38,717 nt of DNA, from contig CANGCZ010000001.1 in NCBI GenBank assembly GCA_947452325.1, positions 1 through 38,717 of the forward strand, read 5' to 3'. The position numbers and the translations under genes are program-made. Within the stretch, counting starts at the first letter, position 1, and every line of letters begins with the position of its first letter. A model generated the notes under the pieces. That model had not been told where the DNA came from. It did not search any database and saw nothing but the letters and a program-made list of their open reading frames with translations. Source of the stretch: Comamonadaceae bacterium (lineage in GTDB: Bacteria > Pseudomonadota > Gammaproteobacteria > Burkholderiales > Burkholderiaceae_C). This document shows, piece by piece, positions 10,082-19,661 of the stretch.

Positions 10082-10411
10082 TCAGGGGCTGAATTGCAAA
10101 TTTTTGCCGTATTGGCGGCTGGCATCGCGACTGAGTTGGCCCCAAAACTCGCCTTGGCCTTTGGTGTCTTGCCAGGTTACGCCGTCGAAACGGTAGTGGT
10201 AGCCACCGCTTTGGGCGGCCAGCCAGACTTCTTGCAGCGGCTTTTGCAGGTTCACAATCAATTGGCTTTTATTGGGAAAACTCAACGTGACCATGCCGCC
10301 GACCCGTTGGTTGTCTATGTCCAGGTCGTCGTGGTCATTGAACTGATCGCACAAGGCTTCCAGGCGTTGCAACAGGGTTTCCGCATGGTTCATGAATTCG
10401 TTGTCGGTCAT
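10082..10411 (-). CDS. cyaY: Iron donor protein CyaY (frataxin)
   Basis: 'IVNLQKPLQEVWLAAQSGGYHY'; ATG at 10411 (MTDNEF). Confidence 0.95.
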   Translation of the reverse strand: MTDNEFMNHAETLLQRLEALCDQFNDHDDLDIDNQRVGGMVTLSFPNKSQLIVNLQKPLQEVWLAAQSGGYHYRFDGVTWQDTKGQGEFWGQLSRDASRQYGKNLQFSP

Positions 10412-10482
10412 AGTGGCATGCTTCAAAGTAGGCGCTTGTCAATGCAAGCGGTGACACACAAGGGGCTGGGTACAATTTCCCC

Positions 10483-10653
10483 ATGAAAACACCGATTTTA
10501 GGCAGCTTGGCTGTGCTTGCATTCACTTTGTTGAGCGCTTGCGGTTTCAAAGGTCCCTTGGATTTGCCGGATGACCCTGAGTTCAAAAACCGGACCCCAT
10601 TCCCCGACGTGCTGTTGCCCTCCAAATCCGCCGAGCCACCTGCCAAGCCTTGA
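10483..10653 (+). CDS. lptM: Small lipoprotein LptM/YifL/LppL, 56 aa (not in the ORF track)
   Basis: Translated by hand: MKTPILGSLAVLAFTLLSACGFKGPLDLPDDPEFKNRTPFPDVLLPSKSAEPPAKP*. Lipobox LSAC followed by CGxKGPL; canonical cyaY<>lptM-lysA position. Confidence 0.88.
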   Translation: MKTPILGSLAVLAFTLLSACGFKGPLDLPDDPEFKNRTPFPDVLLPSKSAEPPAKP

Positions 10654-10680
10654 GCTTGTGCCATTGACACCTCCCCACCC

Positions 10681-11955
10681 ATGAACGCATCCGATTTGCC
10701 CGGCGCCCCTTTTCTGGCTTACCGTGACCAGCAGTTATTCATTGAACAACTGCGTTTGCAAGACCTGGCCCAACAGCACGGTACGCCTTTGTTTGTGTAT
10801 TCCAAAGCCGCCATGTTGCACGCGCTCAGCGCTTACCAACGCGCGTTTGCCGGTCGCCAGGCCAAAGTGCATTACGCCATGAAAGCGAATTCCAGCCTGG
10901 GTGTGCTGCAAGTGTTTGCCCAAGCCGGTTGCGGTTTTGACATTGTGTCGGCCGGAGAATTGGCGCGCGTACTGGCCGCCGGCGGGCAGGCGAAGGACGT
11001 GATTTTTTCAGGTGTCGGCAAAACCCGTCAAGAAATGCAACTGGCTTTGCAAGCCGGCATCGCCTGTTTTAATGTCGAAAGCGAAGCCGAACTGGATGTG
11101 TTGAGCGACGTGGCGTTGTCTATGGGTCAAGTCGCACCGGTGAGCATACGCGTCAACCCCAACGTGGATCCCAAAACGCATCCCTACATATCCACCGGCC
11201 TCAAAGGCAACAAATTCGGCATAGCGCACGAACGCACTTTGCAGGCTTACAGGCACGCCGCGTCGCTGCCGGGTTTGAAAGTGACCGGTATTGACTGTCA
11301 CATAGGCTCGCAAATCACCACCACCGAGCCTTACATGGACGCACTAGACAAAGTACTGGACCTGGTTGAGCAGATTGAACGGGCCGGTATCCCGGTTGAC
11401 CATCTGGACTTCGGTGGCGGCCTGGGCATCAATTACAACGGCGATACCCCGCCGCCCGCTGATGCGCTGTGGGCGAGCTTGCTGGCACGACTTGATGCAC
11501 GCGGCTTCGGTCAAAGGCAATTGATGATCGAACCGGGCCGTTCACTGGTCGGTAATGCCGGTGTGTGTTTGACGCAAGTGCAATTCCTTAAACCCGGAGA
11601 GCAAAAAAACTTTTGCATCATCGATGCGGCCATGAACGATTTGCCACGCCCGGCCATGTACGAGGCATACCACCAGATCGTGCCTTTGACTCTGAGCAAT
11701 GCAGCCACACAAGTCTATGACGTGGTCGGCCCGGTGTGTGAAAGCGGCGACTGGATAGGCCGCGACCGGGCATTGAACGCACAAGCAGGCGACACACTGG
11801 CGGTTCTGTCAGCCGGGGCCTATTGCATGAGCATGGCCAGCAACTACAACACGCGCGGACGTCCTGCCGAGGTGCTGATTGATGGTGACAAAGCGCATGT
11901 GATTCGCGCACGTGAGACGGTCGCAGATCAAATACGTGGTGAAAGTCTGGTTTAG
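10681..11955 (+). CDS. lysA: Diaminopimelate decarboxylase
   Basis: PLP lysine 'YAMKAN', 'HIGSQ', 'GGGLG', 'EPGR', 'GPVCESGD', 'SNYN.R'. Confidence 0.97.
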   Translation: MNASDLPGAPFLAYRDQQLFIEQLRLQDLAQQHGTPLFVYSKAAMLHALSAYQRAFAGRQAKVHYAMKANSSLGVLQVFAQAGCGFDIVSAGELARVLAAGGQAKDVIFSGVGKTRQEMQLALQAGIACFNVESEAELDVLSDVALSMGQVAPVSIRVNPNVDPKTHPYISTGLKGNKFGIAHERTLQAYRHAASLPGLKVTGIDCHIGSQITTTEPYMDALDKVLDLVEQIERAGIPVDHLDFGGGLGINYNGDTPPPADALWASLLARLDARGFGQRQLMIEPGRSLVGNAGVCLTQVQFLKPGEQKNFCIIDAAMNDLPRPAMYEAYHQIVPLTLSNAATQVYDVVGPVCESGDWIGRDRALNAQAGDTLAVLSAGAYCMSMASNYNTRGRPAEVLIDGDKAHVIRARETVADQIRGESLV

Positions 11956-12566
11956 GCAGGGAATTTTTTCTGCAGCCAGTACCAAATCCGATAAGCCAAC
12001 AAACTGACCAGAACACCAGCATAAGCCCACACCTCGGCAAAGTTGTTTTTGCCCGCGCGCATCCAATAAAAATGCAGCAAGGCCAACAAGGGCAACAGGT
12101 AGACCAGTCTATGTAATTGTTGCCAGCGATTCGCACCCAGCCGACGCACTGCTGCGTTGCTTGAGGTCACCGCCAACGGCAACATGAACACAAAACCCAG
12201 CATGCCCAGCCAAATGAATGGCCGCTTGACCAAGTCTTTGGCGATGTCATTGAGCTCAAAGCCCTGGTCAAACCAGGCATAACACAGCAGGTGCAAACAG
12301 GCATAGTAGAAAGTGGCCAGCCCCAGGCTGCGGCGAAATCGAATCAGCTCAGGCAAGCGCGTGAACCGACGCAAAGGGCTGACTGCCAGTACCAGACACA
12401 AAAAACGCAAAGTCCAGTCGCCGGTGGAGCGGCTCAAGGCTTCAGCAGGATTGGCGCCGAGTGCGTCATTGAACAAGGCCCACAGCAGCCAGATGAAGGG
12501 CAGCGTCAACAAGCCGTGAAACAAGCTTGTCGCATGCTGCCAAAGTAGAAACCTGCGCCATGGCAT
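11952..12566 (-). CDS. msrQ: Heme-binding membrane subunit MsrQ (YedZ)
   Basis: 'LGANP', 'RRSLGL', 'Y..LH', 'KRPFI', 'LAVTS', 'W..LHRLVY', 'H'; downstream of msrP. Confidence 0.93.
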   Translation of the reverse strand: MPWRRFLLWQHATSLFHGLLTLPFIWLLWALFNDALGANPAEALSRSTGDWTLRFLCLVLAVSPLRRFTRLPELIRFRRSLGLATFYYACLHLLCYAWFDQGFELNDIAKDLVKRPFIWLGMLGFVFMLPLAVTSSNAAVRRLGANRWQQLHRLVYLLPLLALLHFYWMRAGKNNFAEVWAYAGVLVSLLAYRIWYWLQKKFPA

Positions 12567-12580
12567 GGGATGTCGCAGGC

Positions 12581-13561
12581 TCAGAAATTCTTGGTCAGGT
12601 CCAAGCCGGCGTACAACTGCCCTACCTGGGCTTCATAGCCGTTGAACATCAGCGTTTTGACTTTCTTGGCCAGAATGCCGCCGTCGCCTATGCGCCGCTC
12701 ACTGGCCTGACTCCAGCGCGGGTGATCGACATTCGGATTCACATTGGAATAAAAACCGTATTCGTGTGCCGCCGCTTTGTTCCAAGCAGTGGCCGGCTGG
12801 TTCTCGGTGAAACGGATTTTCACAATGCTTTTGCCGCTCTTGAAACCGTATTTCCAAGGGACGGTCAAACGCACAGGCGCGCCGTTCTGGTTGGGCAGCA
12901 CTTCGCCGTACATACCGAAACTCAGCATGGTCAGCGGGTGCATGGCTTCGTCCAAGCGCAAACCCTCGGTGTAGGGCCAGCTGAGTATGCGCGAGCCCAC
13001 ATAAGGCATGGTCTTGGGGTCGGCCAGCGTGATGAACTCCACGTACTTGGCGCTGCCCAATGGTTCGACTTTCTTGATGAGTTCAGACAACGAATAGCCC
13101 ACCCAGGGAATCACCATGGACCAGCCTTCCACACAGCGCATGCGGTAAATGCGTTCTTCCATGGCGCTGAGCTTGAGCAGATCTTCTAAATGCAATCGCC
13201 CCGGCTTTTTCACCAAGCCTTCTATCTCTACGCTCCAGCCCTGGGTTTTTAAACTGTGGGCGTTTTGTGCAGGGTCAGATTTGTCCGTGCCGAATTCGTA
13301 AAAATTATTGTAAGTACTGGCGTTTTTATAAGGCGTGGGCGTGTCAGCCGTTTGTGCACCGGGCAATGCCGAGACCACCGAGTTCAATGCAGCCAGTTTG
13401 CCCGGACGTTGCACTGTTTGGGCCAAGCCCTGGCCGGAACCGGCCAGACATGCCAAGGCCGCTAATTGCTGTACAAATTCTCGTCGTCTGGCGTAAACAT
13501 GCGCTGGTGTGATGTCGCTGTTTGCACGGTGGTTAAAGCCTTGATCAGATCGAATCAACAT
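12581..13561 (-). CDS. msrP: Protein-methionine-sulfoxide reductase catalytic subunit MsrP (YedY)
   Basis: Tat motif 'RRREF'; 'YNNFYEFG', 'RCVEGWS', 'PWKYGFKS.K', 'HPRWSQA'. ATG at 13561 has an AGGAG RBS. Confidence 0.96.
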   Translation of the reverse strand: MLIRSDQGFNHRANSDITPAHVYARRREFVQQLAALACLAGSGQGLAQTVQRPGKLAALNSVVSALPGAQTADTPTPYKNASTYNNFYEFGTDKSDPAQNAHSLKTQGWSVEIEGLVKKPGRLHLEDLLKLSAMEERIYRMRCVEGWSMVIPWVGYSLSELIKKVEPLGSAKYVEFITLADPKTMPYVGSRILSWPYTEGLRLDEAMHPLTMLSFGMYGEVLPNQNGAPVRLTVPWKYGFKSGKSIVKIRFTENQPATAWNKAAAHEYGFYSNVNPNVDHPRWSQASERRIGDGGILAKKVKTLMFNGYEAQVGQLYAGLDLTKNF

Positions 13562-13578
13562 GGCGCTACTCCTGACAT

Positions 13579-13605
13579 AAAAAAAGGCTGGCACGCGGCC
13601 AGCCT
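13579..13605 (-). terminator. Intrinsic terminator after cytochrome c4
   Basis: Minus strand AGGCTGGC-CGCGT-GCCAGCCT followed by a T run. Confidence 0.8.
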
Positions 13606-13629
13606 AGTTGAGGGGTGAAAGGCGGTCAA

Positions 13630-14259
13630 TCAGTTCAGGCCGGCGATGTAATCAGCGACAGCCTTGATTTCGCGATCGTTCAATTTAGCAGCGACCTGGC
13701 TCATTTGCAGATTGTTCTTGCGAATACCGTCGCGGAACTGGGTCAATTGCGAAGTGGTGTAGTCGGCATGCTGACCACTCAAGCGGGGATATTGCGAAGG
13801 AATGCCTGCTCCGTTGGGACTGTGGCAACCGGCACAAGCCGGTATCTGGCGATCGGCAATGCCGCCGCGGTAAATTTTTTCACCCAAAGCAGCCAGATCT
13901 TTGTCTTTGGCAAAACCGGGTTTGGCTTTGGTGCTGGCCAAGTACGCGCCGACATTGCGCATGTCGTCGTCGCTGAGGGCTGAGGCAAAACCCATCATGA
14001 CCGGGTTGGCACGCTTGCCTGATTTGAACTCGGCCAGTTGCTTGGCAATGTATTCGGGGTGTTGCTGAGCCAACTTGGGGTTGACTGTGATGGCAGAGTT
14101 ACCTTCTGCGCCATGGCAAGTCACGCACACACCGTTGAAGATGGCCGCACCTTTGGCGGGATCTGCCTTGGCGGGAGCGGGTGCAGCGCCTTCGGCGTGC
14201 ACAGTCAGGAAAAAGCCCGTCAAACTGACGGACAACAGCGTACGGACAATAAAAGTCAT
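13630..14259 (-). CDS. Dihaem cytochrome c4
   Basis: Signal peptide, two CxxCH motifs (CVTCH, CAGCH), 'PKLAQQH' and 'PRLSGQH', Met ligands; divergent from engB. Confidence 0.93.
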   Translation of the reverse strand: MTFIVRTLLSVSLTGFFLTVHAEGAAPAPAKADPAKGAAIFNGVCVTCHGAEGNSAITVNPKLAQQHPEYIAKQLAEFKSGKRANPVMMGFASALSDDDMRNVGAYLASTKAKPGFAKDKDLAALGEKIYRGGIADRQIPACAGCHSPNGAGIPSQYPRLSGQHADYTTSQLTQFRDGIRKNNLQMSQVAAKLNDREIKAVADYIAGLN

Positions 14260-14338
14260 GGCAGTCGTGTCTGAATAGGTCAATAGGTGATTCTACAATG
14301 CAGACCAGCACCCGACGGGTTGCAAGCAAAGAAAAACC

Positions 14339-15013
14339 ATGGTTCACCCCCCTATTGCAGTCGATGCCGACCGCCCTGACCGCGTCAAGCAAGCTGTCGG
14401 CTGGCTGCACACCGCCCGATTTCTCACAACGGCGGCACAGCTACACCATTTACCGGCCTATGAACAACCCGAGATTGCTTTTGTCGGCCGATCCAACGCC
14501 GGCAAATCCACTTGCATCAATGTGCTGACCCAGCAGCGCCAACTGGCCTATGCCTCCAAAACGCCGGGGCGCACGCAGCACATCAATTTGTTCGCCCTGG
14601 GCCGCCAAAACCAAACCGATACCGTGCTGGCTGATTTGCCCGGCTATGGCTATGCCGCTGTCCCTAAGTCCGACAAAATCCGCTGGCAGCGGGTGATGGC
14701 TAACTATTTGATGACGCGCGACAACCTCAAAGGCGTGGTGCTGATGTGCGACCCGCGCCTGGGCGTGACCGAGCTCGATGAAATTTTGCTTGAAGTGATT
14801 CGGCCCAAGGTGGAAGAAGGGCTGAAATTTCTCATGCTGCTGACCAAAGCCGACAAGCTCAACCGTAGCGAAGCCGCCAAGGCCTTGTCCATCGCCAAAC
14901 TGCAATCCGGTGGCGGCGAAGCGCATTTGTTTTCCTCGTTGAAAAAACAAGGCGTCGAAGACGTCAGCCTCAAACTGTGGGAATGGACCCACCCGACCCC
15001 GGCGACACCATGA
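14339..15013 (+). CDS. engB: Ribosome biogenesis GTPase YihA/YsxC
   Basis: 'GRSNAGKS', 'SKTPGRTQ', 'DLPGYG', 'TKADK'. Confidence 0.96.
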   Translation: MVHPPIAVDADRPDRVKQAVGWLHTARFLTTAAQLHHLPAYEQPEIAFVGRSNAGKSTCINVLTQQRQLAYASKTPGRTQHINLFALGRQNQTDTVLADLPGYGYAAVPKSDKIRWQRVMANYLMTRDNLKGVVLMCDPRLGVTELDEILLEVIRPKVEEGLKFLMLLTKADKLNRSEAAKALSIAKLQSGGGEAHLFSSLKKQGVEDVSLKLWEWTHPTPATP

Positions 15014-15918
15014 TCCGCTTTGAACGCATAGATTTACCGCACGGCATTTCGTTGGACTGCCGACTGGCCGGACACGCGGGGCAACCGGTCATGCTGTTCT
15101 TGCACGGCTTTCCGGAAGCCGCCTTTGTCTGGGATGAGCTCTTGACGCATTTCAGCCATGCCGACAACGGCGGCTATTTTTGTGTCGCACCGAATATGCG
15201 CGGCTACGCCGGTTCATCCATGCCAGTGGATGTCAAAGCCTACCGCGCCAAAGAATTGGTGAAAGACATCAGCGCCTTGAAATTGCAACTCTCGCCGGAC
15301 GCGCCGCTGGCCGCGCTGGTGGCACACGACTGGGGCGGCGCTGTGGCCTGGAATGTGGCCAACCAGCAACCCGGCCTGATGCAAGGCCTGGTCATCATCA
15401 ACTCGCCGCACCCGGGCACTTTTTTGCGCGACTTGAAAAACGACCCGGTGCAGCAGGCGGCGAGTCAGTACATGAACTTTCTGATTCGCCCGGACGCCGA
15501 AGCATTGCTCGCGGCCGACGATTACCGGCGGCTATGGACTTTTTTCACCAATATGGGCGCCGAGGACGGACCGAACGCCTGGTTGAATGACCAAGTACGT
15601 GATCAATACCGCGCGGTCTGGCGTCAAGGACTGACCGGCGCTTTGAACTATTACCGCGCCTCACCCTTGCGTCCGCCACGCGCCGATGATCCAGCGGCTC
15701 AATCGATAGACCTGTCCCCTGAAATGTTGCGCATTTCTGTGCCCACCCTGGTGATCTGGGGCATGCAAGACACTGCCCTGCCTCCGGGTTTGATCAATGG
15801 CTTGCAAGACCATGTGCCCGATCTGCAATTGCACCGCATCGCCGACGGTAGCCATTGGCTGGTTCATGAACAACCCTCACTGGTGAGCGGCATTATCGGC
15901 AACTGGATCCGCAGATAA
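15010..15918 (+). CDS. Alpha/beta hydrolase, epoxide hydrolase-like
   Basis: 'LHGFPE', 'RGY..S', nucleophile Asp in 'HDWGG', 'LNYYRA', 'SHW'; ATGA overlap with engB. Confidence 0.9.
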   Translation: MIRFERIDLPHGISLDCRLAGHAGQPVMLFLHGFPEAAFVWDELLTHFSHADNGGYFCVAPNMRGYAGSSMPVDVKAYRAKELVKDISALKLQLSPDAPLAALVAHDWGGAVAWNVANQQPGLMQGLVIINSPHPGTFLRDLKNDPVQQAASQYMNFLIRPDAEALLAADDYRRLWTFFTNMGAEDGPNAWLNDQVRDQYRAVWRQGLTGALNYYRASPLRPPRADDPAAQSIDLSPEMLRISVPTLVIWGMQDTALPPGLINGLQDHVPDLQLHRIADGSHWLVHEQPSLVSGIIGNWIRR

Positions 15919-16003
15919 AGGTGTTTTCTTCCGATATTTAGCCGCAGGGGTTTACAACAGGCCATGTCTTATTGAGAGGGGCTGAACGGCTCCCTTTTTC
16001 ATC

Positions 16004-16651
16004 ATGGCGACTTTTCTTCACGTAGGCTGCGGCAGTAAACGCAAAAACTCCACCACCCGGGCATTTGCCGATGCTCCATGGCAGGAAGTCCGTCTGGACA
16101 TAGACCCGCGTGTCAAGCCGGATGTGGTCAGCAGCATCACGCGCATGCCTGAGGTCAAAGACGACAGCATGGATGCAATTTTTTCAAGTCATAACTTGGA
16201 GCACCTGCACGCGCACGAAGTACCTCTGGCCATGAGCGAATTTGTCAGAGTACTCAAACCCGACGGCTTCATGGTGCTCACTTGCCCTGACCTGCAAGCC
16301 ATTGCAGCGCTGATTGCCGAGGACAAATTGATGCAAGTGGCCTATACCTCACCAGCCGGGCCCATCACGCCGCTGGATATGGTCTACGGTTTGCAAAAAG
16401 CGCTGGCAAGAGGCGATATGCACATGGCACACCGTTGCGGCTTCACCCAAAAAGTACTGGTAGCAACGCTCAAGGGTTGTGGCTTTGCCGCCGTGGCATC
16501 TATCCGTCGTCCGCATGTGTTTGACCTGTGGGCGCTGGCCAGCAAAAGTCCGCGCACCGCAGAAGAACTGGAGGCCATGGCAATGGCACACTTTCCCCTT
16601 GGATTGGCTGCTAGCGGTACAAGTCAGGCTGTCCCGGCGGACGCGTCTTGA
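16004..16651 (+). CDS. Class I SAM-dependent methyltransferase
   Basis: Motif I 'LHVGCG', 'RLDID', 'DAIFSSHNLEHL', 'RVLKPDG'. Confidence 0.88.
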   Translation: MATFLHVGCGSKRKNSTTRAFADAPWQEVRLDIDPRVKPDVVSSITRMPEVKDDSMDAIFSSHNLEHLHAHEVPLAMSEFVRVLKPDGFMVLTCPDLQAIAALIAEDKLMQVAYTSPAGPITPLDMVYGLQKALARGDMHMAHRCGFTQKVLVATLKGCGFAAVASIRRPHVFDLWALASKSPRTAEELEAMAMAHFPLGLAASGTSQAVPADAS

Positions 16652-17453
16652 ATCTTTTATGTACCCAGTAGTATTGAGCCGGTGACTGCATGACACAGGC
16701 CTCTATGTGTTGGTTCATGGCATCCGTGTCCGTCTGCAAATCGCCCTGGGGATAGCCCGGCCACAACGGCCCGAGTTCTACGCTGTAACCGCTTGGCGTG
16801 AGTCGCGTGACCAAGGTGCAAATTCGCGCGCGCGACAGTTTGACCAGACGCGGCAGTGAATTGGTGGTGGCGGCAGCCACACCGAAAAAATCCGACCACA
16901 GCGCCCCTTGAATGCCGAAGTCCATGTCCGGCGAATAATGCAGGCGCATACCCTCGCGCAGTATCTGCAACAAAGGTTGAGCGCCTTCATTGCGCGCCAC
17001 CGAGCGCACCCGCCCGGAGCGGTTGCGGCCTTGCATCATCCATTCTTCAAAATATTTATTGCGCAAAGGCACGTAAACACAGGCCATGGGAATCTGCTTT
17101 AACAAGGTCATGGCCACGCCGCCGGCATCCAGACCGACAAAATGCGGTGCCAGCACAATCAAGGGCGAACTGTCGTCAAACACCGAGAAATCACCGCTAA
17201 AGCGTATGCGCTGATTCAACACCTGCTCAGAAGCATGCCATAACCAGGCCCTGTCCCAAAGAGACTGCCCAAGGAACACAAAATGCGCTTTGGCGAGTGC
17301 ACGCAATTGCTGTTCATTGAGCGCTTTGAAACACAAACGCAGATTAGTCAGGACGACATTTCGCCTGCGCGCCGAGACCAGATAAAACACATGGCCGGAC
17401 AAGCAACCCAAGCAACGCACAACGCGCAACGGCAAAAACGACAGCAGTTGCAT
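16611..17453 (-). CDS. Lipid A late acyltransferase (LpxL/HtrB family)
   Basis: Catalytic HxxxxD 'HFVGLD', 'PDMD', 'FFG', 'P.QYYWVHKRFKTRP'. Start at ATG 17453 or GTG 17477. Confidence 0.92.
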   Translation of the reverse strand: MQLLSFLPLRVVRCLGCLSGHVFYLVSARRRNVVLTNLRLCFKALNEQQLRALAKAHFVFLGQSLWDRAWLWHASEQVLNQRIRFSGDFSVFDDSSPLIVLAPHFVGLDAGGVAMTLLKQIPMACVYVPLRNKYFEEWMMQGRNRSGRVRSVARNEGAQPLLQILREGMRLHYSPDMDFGIQGALWSDFFGVAAATTNSLPRLVKLSRARICTLVTRLTPSGYSVELGPLWPGYPQGDLQTDTDAMNQHIEACVMQSPAQYYWVHKRFKTRPPGQPDLYR

Positions 17454-17479
17454 ACAGCGGGTTACAGGGTTGAACACAG

Positions 17480-18310
17480 TCAGGCCTCGTGTCGCGGTTG
17501 TTTGAAACGGGCATAGCCCCACAAGTATTGCTCAGGGCATTGTCTGATCAATTGCTCCATCGCGCGGTTGATTTGCAGCACGACAGCATCGACATCGTCG
17601 GCCAGTGCTTCTCGCATGGGCTGAACGTGTATGCAATAGCCTTGCGCATTCGGCAATCGCTCTCCCCAAGCCAGAATGATGCTTGCACCTGTTTGCATGG
17701 CCAGTCTGGCCGCCAACGTCATGGTGTAAGCGGGCTGGCCCCACATGGTCGACCAGATCCCCATGCCCTCGGGCGGCACCTGGTCGGGTAACAGCCCCAC
17801 GGCTTCGCCGCGTCGCAATGCTTTCAACATTTGACGCACGCCGTCCATGTTGGTTGGTACGGCCTTGAGGTAAGGACGGTCGCGCGCTTGCAGCAACAAG
17901 TCGCGCAACCAAGCCTGCCGCGCAGGCCGGTAAAGTATGGTCATGGGTCCGTGGTTCGGCCCGAAGGTCAGTGCCTGAGTAGGTGCTGTGATCTCAAAAC
18001 ACCCGAGATGCGGTGTCAAAAACAATATCCCTTTGCCCGCAGCAAATGCCGACTCAATGTGTGCTTTGCCCTGCCATTGCACAGGCATGTTACCGCCGAA
18101 CCAGACTCTGAAAGCTTCCAACGCCTGGCAACCGGCCGCGCCGATGGCAAGGCGCACTTGCGCATGGCTGTAACCAGCTTGCCGTGAATGTTGCTTGAAT
18201 TGCAAACGGTACCGCGGCGAAAACCACCATGTCAGCCAGCCCAGCGCATAGCCTGTCCGCTGCATCCAAGGCAGAGGAAGGCCAGACAGCCAGCGCATCA
18301 AAAAGATCAT
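17480..18310 (-). CDS. Lipid A late acyltransferase (LpxL/HtrB family), second paralogue
   Basis: 'HLGCFE', 'LPDQVP', 'PEQYLWGYARFK'; ATG at 18310. Confidence 0.92.
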   Translation of the reverse strand: MIFLMRWLSGLPLPWMQRTGYALGWLTWWFSPRYRLQFKQHSRQAGYSHAQVRLAIGAAGCQALEAFRVWFGGNMPVQWQGKAHIESAFAAGKGILFLTPHLGCFEITAPTQALTFGPNHGPMTILYRPARQAWLRDLLLQARDRPYLKAVPTNMDGVRQMLKALRRGEAVGLLPDQVPPEGMGIWSTMWGQPAYTMTLAARLAMQTGASIILAWGERLPNAQGYCIHVQPMREALADDVDAVVLQINRAMEQLIRQCPEQYLWGYARFKQPRHEA

Positions 18311-18331
18311 AAGAGCATGTAAATACTTGTT

Positions 18332-18337
18332 TAGAAT
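18332..18337 (+). promoter_or_regulatory. Putative sigma70 -10 element of metK
   Basis: TAGAAT ending 6 nt before the first stem of the riboswitch. Confidence 0.5.
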
Positions 18338-18343
18338 AGGTAT

Positions 18344-18424
18344 TGTCGCTGAGTTAATGAAGCAACTTGCAGGGCGACACACTCGAAAGAGTCGGCTGTT
18401 CACCAGTCATCTGCTAAAGCGTTC
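18344..18424 (+). ncRNA. SAM-II-like riboswitch (variant with long L3) in the metK leader
   Basis: P1 TGTCGC(18344-49)/GCGACA(18374-79); loop TGAGTTAA...TTGCAG; distal CTGC-T-AAA (GCUAAA signature) pairs with TTGCAG as a pseudoknot; GAAGC/GCGTTC extension; lies upstream of SAM synthetase. Confidence 0.75.
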
Positions 18425-18474
18425 GCCAGGCTCTTTTGGTATGGCAACGCGTCAACCATCAACAGGAGTTTTAC

Positions 18475-19656
18475 ATGGCGAACGATTATCTTTTCACATC
18501 CGAATCCGTCTCTGAAGGTCACCCCGACAAGGTCGCCGACCAAATCTCGGACGCTATTTTGGATGCCATCTTCAAGCAAGACCCGCGCAGCCGCGTTGCT
18601 GCCGAAACACTGACCAACACCGGTTTGGTGGTGCTGGCCGGTGAAATCACCACCAACGCACACGTCGACTACATACAAGTCGCGCGTGACACGATTCAAC
18701 GCATTGGTTATGACAACACGGAATACGGCATCGACTACAAGGGTTGCGCGGTCATGGTCTGCTATGACAAACAATCCAACGACATCGCGCAAGGCGTGAA
18801 CCACGCGTCTGACGACCACCTGAACACCGGCGCCGGTGACCAGGGCTTGATGTTCGGCTATGCGGTCAACGAAACCCCAGACCTCATGCCCGCCCCCATT
18901 TACTACGCGCACCGTTTGGTCGAACGCCAAGCCCAATTGCGCCGAGACGGCCGCATGCCGTTTTTGCGCCCGGACGCCAAAAGCCAGGTAACCATGCGCT
19001 ATGTAGACGGCAAACCTCACAGCATTGACACCGTGGTGTTGTCTTCACAGCACAGCCCTGACCAAAGCGAAACACCGACCAAGATGAAAGCCTCTTTCAT
19101 CGAAGCCGTGATCGAGGAAATCATCAAACCTGTGTTGCCTAAAGAATGGTTGAAAGACACGCGTTACCTGATCAACCCCACCGGCCGTTTTGTGGTCGGC
19201 GGTCCGCAAGGCGATTGCGGTTTGACCGGTCGCAAAATCATTGTCGACACCTACGGCGGTGCTTGCCCGCACGGTGGCGGCGCATTCAGCGGCAAAGACC
19301 CAAGCAAAGTGGACCGCTCAGCCGCTTACGCAGCGCGTTATGTCGCGAAAAACGTGGTGGCTGCCGGACTGGCCACACAGTGCCAAGTGCAAGTGGCATA
19401 CGCTATCGGTGTGGCCAAGCCCATGAACATCACAGTCAATACGCACGGCACCGGCGTGATCAGCGACGAGAAAATCGCCGCGCTGGTGAACGAGCATTTC
19501 GATTTGCGCCCCAAAGGCATTATTCAAATGCTGGACCTGTTGCGTCCAATTTATGAAAAAACAGCGGCCTATGGCCACTTTGGCCGCGACGAACCCGAGT
19601 TCACCTGGGAGAAAACCGATAAGGCAGCAGCACTGCGTGCTGCTGCTGGGCTGTAA
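18475..19656 (+). CDS. metK: S-adenosylmethionine synthetase
   Basis: '[13 protein letters not shown]', 'GAGDQG', 'GGGAFSGKD'; AGGAG RBS at 18464-68. Confidence 0.98.
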   Translation: MANDYLFTSESVSEGHPDKVADQISDAILDAIFKQDPRSRVAAETLTNTGLVVLAGEITTNAHVDYIQVARDTIQRIGYDNTEYGIDYKGCAVMVCYDKQSNDIAQGVNHASDDHLNTGAGDQGLMFGYAVNETPDLMPAPIYYAHRLVERQAQLRRDGRMPFLRPDAKSQVTMRYVDGKPHSIDTVVLSSQHSPDQSETPTKMKASFIEAVIEEIIKPVLPKEWLKDTRYLINPTGRFVVGGPQGDCGLTGRKIIVDTYGGACPHGGGAFSGKDPSKVDRSAAYAARYVAKNVVAAGLATQCQVQVAYAIGVAKPMNITVNTHGTGVISDEKIAALVNEHFDLRPKGIIQMLDLLRPIYEKTAAYGHFGRDEPEFTWEKTDKAAALRAAAGL

Positions 19657-19661
19657 GCCCA

